Assembly: GCA_051362555.1 (NCBI GenBank)
Contig: CM120648.1
Coordinates: 18,906,587-18,970,586 of the forward strand
DNA: 64,000 bases
Source: Lingula anatina
Taxonomy: Eukaryota > Animalia > Brachiopoda
Direction: 5' to 3'
The notes below the pieces were generated by a model, which ran no database searches, had not been told where the DNA came from, and was given only the letters and a program-made list of their open reading frames with translations. Shown piece by piece: positions 40,501-53,286 of the stretch. A program made the position numbers and the translations under genes. Position 1 is the first letter of the stretch. Every line of letters starts with the position of its first letter.

Positions 40501-43362
40501 ACCAAGTGCCAACGGTGCCGACGTTGGCCCAACGTCATCTTGCTATCTGGGGGTATAGCCTCATTTGATGTTCTTTTAACTAAGTAGGCCTACTGGTGCG
40601 TGCGACTGGGCAAAGCAGTTATGTAGCTGCACAAATTTTGTAGCTGTGTTTCTGTGGATAACACTGGATAAATTAATAAAATGTTTGTTAGAATCTTTAC
40701 ACCCCTGCGTCTTGTTGCTCTTGAATGTTATTGTTCCTTAGTCAAAGAAGTTATTGAGTTAGTTTTTACAAACCTACAGGGCCCTTTGCGCAATGCATTT
40801 GCTTTATTATCTTATGTACGTAATCACAAACTAATAAACAAATTATGTATTTCCTCTTCCTAAACATTTTAATGCAACCTTTGGGGGGGGGGGGGGGTAT
40901 TTTATTTTATAAAAATTCACACATTTGCATCTTGAGTTTGACTCTCTTTTTTAATGCAATACGAGCGTTGGGACGGACAATCTCAAATATTCGTCGTGTT
41001 GATAAAAATAAGCTGTACATAGAAGGAAAAATAAGTGCAAGATTTCTCTCTTGTTTCAGTTTTTACTGCTGTTACTGTACAAACCAGCAACTAATCAGGT
41101 AACAAAAACAGGGGTGGATCCAAGATTATTTGAAGGTTGGGGGGGGGGGGGGGGAGTCCGCGGTAAGCGTGTCATTGTTGTAATATTATAATATATTAAT
41201 ATTTAACCTTTCAAAAAATTTAGATGTTCAAAAAACAGTCCTTGGATGCGAAGCCGACCCTCTGGCGTGGGTTTCGGGGCCCGCTGAAAGGCATTTTAGA
41301 GAGTACCATTTGGCATGGTTTACAACTATGATTCAGCTGGTGAAAATTCTAATTTCAAGAGGGGATCATTGGTGTGATATTTTTCATAAATCGAAAGGGG
41401 GGATGTCAGGATCCCTACATAAATCCGCCACCTAAAATGTTCACCAACCTGTATCGATCAACTGTATCGATCTTCTGAAGGAGTGAATGAGTATATCATC
41501 TAGTAAGGTCTTGACTTCCTAGCCCGTAGCTGTGTTTCAAGCATAATTAGATGTTTTGAAGGTACATTAAATGAATATGACATGAATAAAAAACTAAGAC
41601 CTTTAGTTTAAGAGAAAGTCTCCCCCCCCCCTCCCCCCCCCCCCCCCACCCCCCTTAATCATAAAATGTTCCTGACGCCTTTTTGGCATTTGACAACCGT
41701 TTTGGTGGGTTTTTCTCTCTTAAAAATTTGCTTACAGCTAGGATAGACGATAATAATTTTGGTCCTAGCTTACAGATAGCCCCCCTACTCCCTTTCGGCC
41801 CTTTGACCGTAGATAACTGATCAGCATTTTCTGACCAAACTTTCAAATAAGAGGAAACACGTGCTGCGATAAATCATTAAACAATAAGACTGATTTTAAA
41901 GAAGTAAGACTGATCAAGGATGAGAACAAAGACAAATTGTTTAAGTTTTTAATCGTGCCGTTGAAGCTAAATGGTAGGCCTATATTATCTACAAATCAGC
42001 GGATCTACAATAAACAACAACAAAAATATGACAATAACCAAATACTTTATTAAAACCTAATTTTCCATGAAAGTTATTCACAGTGGATAGAGAGTTAAAA
42101 CAGTCTGATTAGAATATATTTTCAGCACACAAACAGCTGGCACATGCACTGGGTGCAATAGGCCTATACCTGTCTGTTGCACAAAGTTGAACTCCCTTGT
42201 GCACACTAGTAATGGATCTCTGTTTCTGTTATGCCTTTAAGTGGAAGTTGTAGACCAACGTCAACAGCATATCCCAAATTCTGCATTATTTATAAAAATA
42301 ATTCATTGCATTTAAGCTTTATCTGACAGTATTTAGTCACCAATAACTTGCAGCCATAAATCATTTCTCTGTCTGTGTGTCTGCACGTCCGTTTCTCCAT
42401 TTTCATTCATAAAATGAAAATCAGAAAAACGAACGGACTTTCGTTTTTCTATTTGAATCGAAAATTGAATAATGAACACTTTTCGAGCCTGTCATTTCCT
42501 CAAAGACACGGATAAAAGGGTATTTTATGATTTATTTCACGTGTTAAACATTAGAAAAAATGAAAACGGTCGATATTTATATTTTTGTATCACATCGGGG
42601 ATCTGTCGATATTGTATTCTGCATTTTATAGTAAAATATAAAAAACGAGGGCAATTTCCATTTTTCCATTTTTCATTTTAAATGGAAAAACGAAAACTGA
42701 GTTTCATTTTCCACTACATTTTGGCCATTTCTATAAAATGAAAATGAAAAACGGCCGTTTTTTCATTTTCTGACGAAATGGAAATCACTTTGCCCCCCCA
42801 TACACTGACCGTATATGTATGCTGATTGCCATTTCAAGTCTAAATTAAACAAACATCAACGTTGCCTACAAAACTGATACAACTGCACCAAATATCTCTT
42901 GCTATATGAAATACTTGTTGAAATGATGTTTTCAATAGAACTTATATTTTGTTTCATTTTTTTATTTAATCATGAGAAAAACATTCTAAAATGTTTAATC
43001 CCATTTCTTAGTATTATCATTATGCTTCACATATATATCAAGGCTGTTGCAATGTTTTTTTTTTGTTTTTTTTTTAACTAGTAAGCAAAATCTCTTACAC
43101 TGCTACAGCATATCATCTACTAGCTACAATTTTTACATCTGATGGTTTTTAAATTAAAACTTACTGTCCCTGTGATTCATCAGCTGAGATTTTTTTTTTT
43201 TTTTTTTTTTGAATAAGTCATATTGTGTAATATTATTCTGTGTTGTTGTTAAAGGGATAACAACTGTTTGTATGATATCCATATTTACTAATAAATATAT
43301 TGTAAACAACTCATAAAAATATAACAAATTATGTTTTACCACTAAAATGGCAGTCAACACAT

Positions 43363-44332
43363 TTATTAGTACCACCAGCCTGTAAGCTGTTGGTACTCCT
43401 AATTTTATTCCCGACCCGTCTCATACAGCTCCACTAGCTCCGCATTCTGGAGCTGGATACAAGTCACCATTCTCCTCCTAGACCCCAAGGACCCATGTCC
43501 CCATCTCTTGGATTTAGGTCACATATTATCTCAATTTGAACCCTTTTTTTTGGCTCAGTTGATGCATTATCCTGGGCATGACGTTCGTTGAAACGCACCC
43601 TTGTCAAAATTTTTGAAAATTCGATGCCAAATATCTCTCAAACCAAAGGAATTATCGGAAAAATTACTATAGAATTTTGACCGAAAGTCATATTTGTAGA
43701 TTCCAGATATGCCCTTGGATTTGACAGTTGACCTTTATCTCAAGGTCAAACAGGCCAAAATCTCCAAAAAATGGGGATTTAAAAAAATATGTTTGTGCCA
43801 ATTTTTAGAAACTACACCGACCTAAGTGGGGGGATTACAATTTGGGACTTCTTCGGGAGTTTGGGGTCAATAGGTGCATTTTCACAGGAGAGGCAGCCGT
43901 TAGATGCCAAAGCTGAAAACTCTCTATTAAACCAGAACCCTAAATACAAGAGACCTCTTGTTTTTTGCATTTCGTAGAGCTTGTCAAGCTCAATTGATAC
44001 GTACTGGGGTTGGAATCCATTTTTTTGTTTGTTTTTGATATGTAGGTTAGGAGTTGTGCTATATAAAAAAGTACATTTCAATATTCAGTAGTGAAGCAAA
44101 ATGTGAAATACTCAAAAACTGGCAGAGATACACCCATGGTTACTATTGACCTTGAATAAGAAGTCACATACTGGCAGCCAAACTGTGACCTTGAAATTGA
44201 CCTTTGACCTACTTTTTCATCTTAAACTAAGTCTTGCAAATTTTTTGCCTCTTTTATCTGCAAAAATGGCAGAGATACACTTATAGTTACTATTGACCTT
44301 GAATAGGAAGTCATATACTGGCAATCTTACTC
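43363..44332 (+). mobile_element. Diverged, 3'-truncated HINE copy with about 1.5 satellite units
   Basis: Starts TTATTAGTACCACCAGC, is homologous to 34461-35220, and has satellite units at about 44113 and 44260. Confidence 0.65.
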
Positions 44333-44790
44333 TACGCTGCTTTGTAATCTGGAACATAGTCGATCTTACACGTCAGACTTTGTGTGCAAATCGACTTTGT
44401 GATTTATGAAAAATGTCTGTATACTTCACTTTGTTCTTCAGCAGTGATTCAGTATCCAGATTACACACCCTTTTTATCTATCTGTCTATTTTACTCGAAG
44501 TTTGTTTTACCCTGATATAAATAACGCACCATAGTATTTTTGGGAATTTCTCAATTCAATTCAAAAATTTAATTAAGCTGCGATTTATCGACTTTTGTCA
44601 TCGTGAAAATGTGAGATTTTACATAACACACTGTTACTCTCAAGCACATATGCAGGCATCCACCTCTCTAGATTTTCTCTCGCTTCCTCTCTGCTATCAC
44701 TTCACAATAAATATAACGTCTGCAAACATCATCGTTCACCTTATCCATGAGTCCTTTTGTCAATCTGAAGCATAACATTTGTATTACCAG

Positions 44791-45021
44791 GTGAGTTTAA
44801 TGAACGGCTTCGCCGATTGTGTGAAAGTGGTAAGATTCCAGTATACCGACAGCGAGTAGCTATTGTTGGACCTTACGGTGTGGGGAAGACTTATCTCGCC
44901 AAGCGCCTCATCCATGAGGAATATATCAAAGAAGAAGATGCAAATACAACTGGCGTGAATATATACCGCCATAGGTGTGTTGTCCATAAAGCTGGCCGAT
45001 CCTGTTGGATCAGAGGAAAAG
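44791..45021 (+). CDS. Roc GTPase exon: P-loop and switch I
   Basis: GKIPVYRQRVAIVGPYGVGKTYLAKRL...NTTGVNI. Phase 1-1, CCAG acceptor, G|GTAAGC donor. An in-frame TGA at 44766-44768 and no ATG before the P-loop mean an upstream exon is required. Confidence 0.85.
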
Positions 45022-45470
45022 GTAAGCAGAATATAGGAAAACATTTGACACATATGGAATATGTTTATAAAGAATACAAAGAACAGAAGATAAGACATTT
45101 TCAATTTTACCACATAATTCACAATAAGGAATTATACATACGTGTACGTGTGGGTGTCGAAATGTGTCCTTCCCTATCTTAGTATGGTAGACGAGGGGCT
45201 GAGTGAAATAGTACCTAAATAAGTGGTGCCTTTGTATTGTTATCAATCAATTAACATACATGACACTTTACAATCTACTCCTACAGCCCATTGATTATTT
45301 TTTAACTGGGTACAAACACGATAATTTCATTCTCTGTAAAAACACCATGCTTTATTTTACTAAATATTGAATTGAATTTTTCAACGGTGTAGCCTGATAC
45401 GTACACTCAGAAAGGGTACATTTAGATACAACGCTTGATCTACCTGTATGATCCTTCCAACTATTCTCAG

Positions 45471-45626
45471 ATGATCCAAAAGACCAGTTTGCACAAAACA
45501 TGGCAATTGGAGTACAGAATTCAGATACGTTTTGTGAGCCGGACTTAACAGTATTGGACCAAACGCCACTAGAGGAATCCCCACCAGATTCAGAAGAGAA
45601 TATTAATAACATGCTGACAAATAGAG
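45471..45626 (+). CDS. Roc insertion exon (acidic)
   Basis: TTCTCAG acceptor; DDPKDQFAQNMAIG...EESPPDSEENINNMLTNR; phase 1-1. Confidence 0.65.
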
Positions 45627-45840
45627 GTATTGTACATGATTGTCTCGAATAGTTCATCTTGGTGCAATTTAAACAGATATTTGTAGTTATTCTTCTTTTT
45701 TGCCAAGAGATTCCACCTTCTATGTGTTTTTCTTTGGCCATTCCACATATATGTGCCTTGAAAACATTTTTGTTTACTTCAAGGTTGATTCTTTTTCTGT
45801 TAGAATGTTGTTTGATATTATTCTTCTCTTTATTCTACAG

Positions 45841-45891
45841 CTGCTTCCCCTGATGACAGTGAATCACCTGCCTCTCCTGACAAAGCAGCAG
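45841..45891 (+). CDS. Micro-exon (51 nt) of the Roc insertion
   Basis: Long pyrimidine tract plus TACAG; AASPDDSESPASPDKAA; CAG|GTAAGT donor; phase 1-1. Confidence 0.7.
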
Positions 45892-47350
45892 GTAAGTAGT
45901 TCACATGTAGTAAAACAAAATTCTCGTGTGTTGCTCAGAATGTTCGAGAGTTTTTCTTAGCTTGTTGATAAGGTATGTGAGTTTCTATCTTCTTATTTTC
46001 ATCATACTGGGACTTTGAACTCACATGGGCATGAAGCCTGGTGGTAATCAAATTTTCTTAATGTCCATGTTTTTAATAGAATATAATTAAAATTTTGTGG
46101 TATTTATACAGTTGACCATTATGTTATATTGCATCAAAAACCTACTTTGTGCACTATCACCATAACGTTATAAAAAGAAAACTGTTACCTATTTTATATT
46201 TACAAAAAATGATTCTTAGGATTGACAAATAGCTTAAATTAGAAAAACCAGCTCTTTTGAATTATCCTTTTTATCGAATTATGCATTTTTTGTGAAATTT
46301 TTATTTATCTCATTCTGGTGTGAGCTTGAACTCTCATGGGCCTGAAGCCTTATGCTTTTACTTACATCGTTATATACTGTTGTGCATAATTAAATTTTGG
46401 GGTTGACTGTGCAGTTAAGCATTGTATTACATTAGAACTGACAGCCTCCTATTTTGTGCATTATTATTTTCTGCTTTTTTAAAATTGTGACTTAGATATT
46501 TCATGGGCCTGAATACCGTTGCTAGTCACATTTGGGTGACAAGCCTCTAATCTTCCATTGGGTAACTACTAGCTAAATTCAGAGCTATAAGGTCACTTGC
46601 CTAAATTAAGTTTCAAGTGGCAATAAAATGAGATCATATAAAACACACATGTTGAGATTCCCTGTAAACTCCCATAGGTTAAGTTTTCTGCCAGATAACA
46701 GTGTCCATAATAGGGAAGCAGTGATAATTATGCAGATAAATGTTGTTTAATTTTGCAAATTAGTTTTCAAAAAATTATTTTGTATAATGCCAACATTAAT
46801 GCTAGTTTTAAAAGCAGCTTTACTGAAATGTTTTGTTTTTAATTTTTTTCAAACACTGAGGGTTTCAACTCAATTTTTAACTCCCCTCCACCTGAAGCTC
46901 TGCACATTTTCTGTTTTCCCACAAAAGCAGTTGTATTGGTATTTATGTATTTCAGCATTATGTAACATTATATTATTCTATGCACTGCTTTCATATGTCA
47001 AATATTGTGATTTTCATTACTAGTATGTGAATTTGAACTTTCGTGGTCCTGAAACTGTAATCTTATCATAGGGGCAGATTGGGATCGTCCTCAAGGTTTT
47101 CAGGAAGACGGTCAGATTTTAAAGTTAACATTGACGGGTATCTAATTTTTTTGTTGGAAGACCATCTAAAATGGAGGGTGGATTAACAAAGATATTTTAA
47201 AATACTGTCAGAAAATACATTTGGATCCGCTCCTGTTATTGACCATGTTACCTGTTGTGCATGACTTAAATTCAGTGTCGATTGACCGTGCTATTACAAG
47301 TATTATTTATTATTGCATCAAAATGAGAAAATAACCTATTTTTTGCATCT

Positions 47351-47389
<39 letters not shown>

Positions 47390-47396
47390 TTTTGTC

Positions 47397-48015
47397 TGTA
47401 GACTTGTCCTTCAAGAAATACATGCCTTCAAGAAATCGACGAAAACTGGAAGTGCATGTTTTTTGCACTGTTTTTCCTGTCATGCCCATCGTAAACACTG
47501 TGTTGTCAAGTAAAAGGAAGCATCTGATACAAAGTATCAAACGCGGCATTGACGTGCTTGCTTGCGATGTGTTCAGTACACTTTGTTTACACTGACAAGT
47601 CGAGGTCAGAAATGCACAATGTTTTTCTATGTAATTACGCAGTTTCAATTTTGATTAGTGAATTTTCTTTTATCTGCATGGTCATTTTCCGAACATTTGT
47701 ATAAGCCACGAAATATTTCTCATCGGAAAATCACCCAGCAGCTTTCCAAGTACAAGCGAGTGACGTCATGACGCACTTCCGGTTTTCGTCAAGATCTTGA
47801 AGGGATTAGCGTTATGGTTTGCTGCACATTTAAAGCGTTCTGTCTCTAAATGTACTTGACTGCTTGGATTGAAATTTACAGAACTTATTCTTCACATGAT
47901 ATCACACATATGTGCTTAATTTGAGAGCTTTAGCTGTTATATATTTTCTACAGTGCCCATTCAAAATTGAAAAAGAGCTATTTTCCGTCAATTTTTCTTG
48001 AAGGGCAGGTCTACA
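47397..48015. mobile_element. MITE-like element
   Basis: Imperfect TIR TGTAGACTTGTCCTTCAAGAAA...TTTCTTGAAGGGCAGGTCTACA, flanked by TTTGTC/TTTGAC. Confidence 0.5.
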
Positions 48016-48395
48016 TTTGACAGATTTGCTGTCTTGTTTTATCTGGGTACAAACACGACAATTTAATTTTCTGTAAAATAAGTCTTCTTTATATGACTGA
48101 GGATTATTTTTCTTTTTGCCAAGGGATTCCACCTTCTATGTGTTTTTTGTTGGCCATTATACCTTATGTGCCTTGAAGACTGGACACTTGATACCAATTA
48201 TACTTGATCTTATTAGATGCATTTTCGATGTAATTTATTTATTTTTATACAATATTTATAGACCAATATCCCAAAGTTATATGTTAAAATTTTGTAAAGA
48301 AATTCCTTTATCTTAGCCACATTTTTGTTTACTTTAAGATTGAGTCATTTTCTGCTAGAATGGTGTTTGATATTCTTCTTCTCTTTATTCTACAG

Positions 48396-48428
48396 CCGCT
48401 CCACCTGCCTCTCCTGACAGAGCAGCAG
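48396..48428 (+). CDS. Duplicated micro-exon (33 nt) of the Roc insertion
   Basis: Paralog of 45841-45891 with an 18-nt in-frame deletion; AAPPASPDRAA; splice sites intact; phase 1-1. Confidence 0.65.
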
Positions 48429-49260
48429 GTAAGTAGTGCACATGTAGTAAAACAAGATTCCGTCTTTTGCTCATAATCTGCAAGAGTTGTTCTTAGCTTG
48501 TCGATTAAGTATGTGAGTTCCTGCATTCTTATTTTCATCAAACTGTATTAATAATGTTATATTAAAATTGACTATACCTTACAATTTTAATTGATTTTAA
48601 TGAATGTTAAAACATTCAGTATTTATCACCCAGTTATGTTTTGAGCTTACTCACTTGTATTCAACAGAGAGGATACATTTTTAAGAAAAAAATGTTTTTT
48701 TTTTGGAAATTGCCGATAAACCTTCAGAAACAGATGAAAGCTTCTAATTTATTTGATAACTGTTTCACAAAGTTAATTGACACTAAATACATTCAAATTT
48801 TGTCAATGATTACAATACTTTTTTATGCTAAAAAGTTTTATTTTAACCACACTGTTTATTGTACAGTCCTTTTCAAAGGTGAAAGTGGATCTCATACCTC
48901 TGGGGAAGAAAACATGAGTAGTATAAGAATGTTGACGATATGTCGATGTATGAACAGTCCCTGACAAATGAAATAAATTAGATTGAAAGCATGTCTATAA
49001 AGATTAAGGTCTAGTCTCTCACAACCCCCCCCCCCCCTTGAAGAAGGCACATCAGCTGAAAACTCAATTGGGCGCTTGATACCAATTATACTTATTACAT
49101 GCATTTTCAATCTAATTTATTTATTTTTATACAATATTTATACAATATACTGCGGGATTAATACGATGATTTGGATAAATATGCACGCATTGCAATACAT
49201 AACAATATGCATTATGCTAAAATCATTTAGTTTGGACATAGCTTATTGTATTCATTGCAG

Positions 49261-49506
49261 TGGCAGAAAGGAACCATCTAGATGATATTGACAAGGAGCT
49301 ATTGGAAAAAATTGAGAAAATTGCCCGAGGGGAAGATGTGGAGCCAGAGAAACAGGTCACAATTTGGGATTTTGCAGGACAGGATGTCTACTACACCACG
49401 CACCAAACATTCCTCTCAGAGCGGATCATCTACTTGTTGGTATTCCGACTTGACCAGGACCTCGATGATAAAATCCGTGTATACAGGGGAGAGAAGACGC
49501 TGAAAG
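49261..49506 (+). CDS. Roc exon: G3/switch II
   Basis: VTIWDFAGQDVYYTTHQTFLSERIIYLLVFRL is the canonical Roc motif. TTGCAG acceptor; phase 1-1. Confidence 0.92.
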
Positions 49507-49772
49507 GTATTGTTGAGCTTTATATCTTTACATGTATAAGCTACTCAGGGCCCTCATGTAAATAATGGCCTGTCAACTGTGTGTAATTTCTTTATTAAAA
49601 GGTCCACATTTTTAAATCTCTCTATTGCTCTTAATATATATATATATATATAACATTGAGATTTTAGTAGCGTTAATTTTAAATGGTTCCGATGAGTGTT
49701 TTGGATTTTAATATTCTAGTGATTTTAAGGATTTTAGTTATATTTACCATTGTAAGCCGCCCAATAAGAAAC

Positions 49773-49803
<31 letters not shown>

Positions 49804-49894
49804 TATTGGCGCTATTTTTTAGCAATGCTGAGGAGAAAACACTGATTAATATTCATCTTTGCATTAACATCAAGGCTTTGTATGTATTTTTCAG

Positions 49895-50019
49895 AGTTTA
49901 TTATGTTTTGGTTAAACTCAATCCATATGCACACTATTGGAAAATTGAGGGAAGAAGACAAAAATGCCATGCCATACGTCTTGATTATTGGAACTCATAA
50001 GGACATGTTATGCCCACAG
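49895..50019 (+). CDS. Roc exon: G4
   Basis: FWLNSIH...PYVLIIGTHKD; phase 1-0. Confidence 0.9.
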
Positions 50020-50063
50020 GTGAAAACGCTTTTCTTATCACAATTATTCAATTACTACCATAC

Positions 50064-51785
50064 TTATTGTACCACCAGCGTAGGCGCTGGCGGTACACAT
50101 GGTTTTAGTCCCGACCCGTATGTTCCGCCGGTTCCGTCGGCTCCTGCGGCTCCGCCGCCAAGTCACCGTTACCGCTTCTCCTCCTAGACGGTAAGGGCCT
50201 CCATACCCATCTCTTCGATTTAGGTCACCTATAATCTCAACATGTCCACGTAAAATTTGGGCTTTGTCGGTGTTGGGGTCTAGGTGTGGCACTTATTGCA
50301 ATGCACTCTTGTCCAAAAATGGCAAAATTAAATGCATATTATCTCCTCTACGGAAGGAATTATGGGAAAAATTTCTACAGACAGCTTTCCAAAAGTCATA
50401 TGTGTAGATTTCAAATATGCCCTTGGATTTGACCTTTAGAGTTTCGAGTTACGCTGTATCCAAAAGTACATATTGGTGGTGAAAGCAAAATGTGCAGTAC
50501 GGTAATGGATAATAAATTTTGAACTCCGGAAAAATAAAACATAAGGCTTGGCAAAGCAGACAACTTGTGGTCAAAAATGATATTCTTTCATCAAATTTGA
50601 ACATCTGGAACTTCAGAGCACCTCCCATTTCAAGAATTTTTACCAAAATGATGTTTTCTTTATTTAAATTAATCTTTTCTGTAGGAAATTTATGGCACAT
50701 TATGGTAACTCAAAAATTATAACATTTAGTCCCTTATATCTCCAAAACTGGCAGAGATAGGTCCATAGTTTCTATTGAAGTTGAATAGGAAGTCATATAC
50801 TGGCAATCTACATGTGACCTTAAAATTGACCTTTGACCTACTTTTCACCATGAACTAAACTTTGCAAATTTTAATTCCCTTTTATCTCCAAAACTGGCAG
50901 AGATAGGTCCCTAGTTTCTATTGAACTTGAATAGGAAGTCATATACTGGCAATCTACATGTGACCTTAAAATTGACCTTTGACCTACTTTTCATCATGAA
51001 CTGAACTTTGCAAATTTTGCTTCCCTTTTATCTCCAAAACTGGCAGAGATAGGTCCCTAGTTTCTATTGAACTTGAATAGGAAGTCATATACTGGCAATC
51101 TACATGTGACCTTAAAATTGACCTTTGACCTACTTTTCATCATGAACTGAACTTTGCAAATTTTGCTTCCCTTTTATCTCCAAAACTGGCAGAGATAGGT
51201 CCATAGTCTCTATTGAAGTTGAATAGGAAGGCATATACTGGCAATTTAAGAGTGACCTTAAAATTGACCTTTGACATACTTTTCACCATGAACTGAATTT
51301 TGCATATTTTGCTTCCCCTTTATCTCCAAAACTGGCAGAGATAGGTCCATAGTTACTATTGAACGTGAAAGGAAGTCATATACTGGCAATCTAAGTGTGA
51401 CCTTTAAATTGACCTTTGACCTACTTATTATCAAGAACTGAACTCTGCTAATTTCTTTCTCTTTTAACTCCAAATCTGGCAGAGATAGGCGAATAGTTAC
51501 TATTGAAGTTGAATAGGAAGTCATATACTGGCAATTTACTGTGACCTTGGAATTGACCTTTGACCTACCTTACGATGAACTTAACTTTGATTGTACCATT
51601 TTTAGTTATATATATATTTTTTGCATAATTTGAAAATTCTTGTTGATTGCATTTTTACAGCTTGTTAAGCACAAGACTGGTGGCTGTGTTCCTTATTTTG
51701 TGTATGTGGGGGTCTATACGAATGCGCTTGCTCCAGCTGGTGGTACAATATTCAGAGGCGATATCGCCTCTCTGATCCTCTAATT
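50064..51785 (+). mobile_element. HINE copy with about 6 units of the 146-bp satellite, intronic
   Basis: Same ends as 34461-37529, with a perfect hairpin AGAGGCGATATCGCCTCT near the 3' end. Internal deletion at about 50436; array about 50730-51570. Confidence 0.8.
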
Positions 51786-52115
51786 CTATGTATAATTTGT
51801 ATCCCTTCAACCATATCACGATTCCTGACGAGTGACTTAATTATTTAGAAACTTTTCACTATGTGACTATTTGTGGATGGCATGATTTAATGTTGGGGGA
51901 AAAGGGTGTCCCTTGCCCACTGACTCCATCCTAATTTTATAGGTTCATTGCAGCACACCCATTTTTCAACTTGAACGAAGTGGACTATATCATATACACA
52001 TATATACATGTACATACACACACCCTGGTAGATGTTTTCTTTCGCTCTGACACTTAAGCATTATTATATAGTAGTGAAAAACTACAAAAGAATCTTAACA
52101 TCTTTTCATTCATAG

Positions 52116-53286
52116 GGCGAGGTTGAAAAGATTTTTGATAAACTCAAGAAGTGTCTCGATGACAAGCAGGTACTCAAGGACCACGTCTATCGATATTTTG
52201 CCATAAGCAACTTGGCCGAAGACGATGAGGAGTTTGCTGAAATAAAAAGAGCGATCGAAGATTTGTGCGGTTATAGCAGCGACAGTGAGGCTACCGTTCA
52301 ACATCTTCCAGTGAGTTGGATTAAATTGGAAATGAATTTGGCAAAGAAGAGTGAAGAAACACCCATCATAAGTATTGAAAAATTGATGGAAATGGCGCAA
52401 AGGGTAGGACTCCCTGATGGAGAATTACAAGAAAAATTCATTCCTTACCATCACCGTCAAGGCGACATCCTACACTTTAAAATTGATGGACTGGAAAGTG
52501 TCGTCATAATAGATCCACTTTGGTTAGCAGTTGTGTTTTCTGCCATCATGACCCCAGCCAGCATTCACTCTGGATGCAGTCGCGGCCATGTCCTGAAAGA
52601 TGAGCTTGAAAGAGGAGTCCTAAAAGAGGAGGTATTTGATGAGTATCTAAAAGAATTCAAGATGGCCGAAAAAAAGACTGAAATCATTCGACTTATGCTG
52701 CATTTCGACTTGATGTTAGAAATATCCCAATCAGTTGAAAACCCTCTGCCTGGACATGGAAAAAGAAGATTCCTCGTACCCAGTATGCTGGTATCAAATA
52801 ACAGTGCGAATGAGACAAATCCGCAGAAATATTTGCTTATCGCATTCCCTCATATTCTGTTTCCTACTGGGTTATTTCATCGTCTGACCATCCGTCTTCT
52901 AAGGAAGTATAAAGCTCAGCAATATAAAAATAACATCCCAGTTGTCGGGTTTGACAGCGCCTCCTTCCGCCTGGCTGATAAACAGTCGGTGCTGCATCTC
53001 GCCATTGAAAATAAGGCCATGAAGTTGTTTATAACTAACGCCACTGGACTCCCTCCAAGGACTCACGTGTATTCAGAAGCAAGAAAAACAGTTGAAAACG
53101 AGTTGACAGTCCTTCGGGATACATACTGCCCCAGGATGCATTTTGGCTACAGCATCAGGTTAACAAATGACGGACCCAATATTCCAATAAATGCACATGA
53201 CGTCCAAACAGCCGATTCCATATGTGCGTATGTAGAGAACTCTGAAGTGTCGGTAGATTTAAGGCCATATCGCGTTTGGTTTTCCG
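52116..53286 (+). CDS. Roc G5 plus COR domain exon
   Basis: YFAISN (G5), LPVSWIKLE, YHHRQGDILHF, VVIIDPLWL, FLVPSML and PTGLFHRL are COR-A/COR-B motifs; phase 0-1. Confidence 0.92.

Larger units (their letters stand above)
30995..40552. mobile_element. CACTA/EnSpm-like non-autonomous element
   Basis: TIR CCCCAGATAGCAA...TTGCTATCTGGGG, flanked by GTA/GTA. Dense subterminal GTTGGCCCGAC/GGGCCAACG repeats at 31010-31340 and 40225-40540. Confidence 0.8.
30207..42813. mobile_element. Long-TIR DNA element (IS3EU-like ends by inference) enclosing nested insertions
   Basis: About 440-bp imperfect inverted repeats (30210-30650 and 42370-42810) beginning GGTCAGTGTATGGGGGGGCAAAGTGATTTCC. Two readings are possible: TAYGG termini with an AATGTA/TATGTA flank, or 30210-42810 with a perfect GTATAT 6-bp TSD. 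Confidence 0.75.

Noticed and set aside
48867-48920. Possible extra phase-1 exon (VLFKGESGSHTSGEENMS) in the Roc insertion
   Set aside because: The acceptor is plausible but the donors are weak. It is not needed for frame, so it is left out pending RNA-seq.
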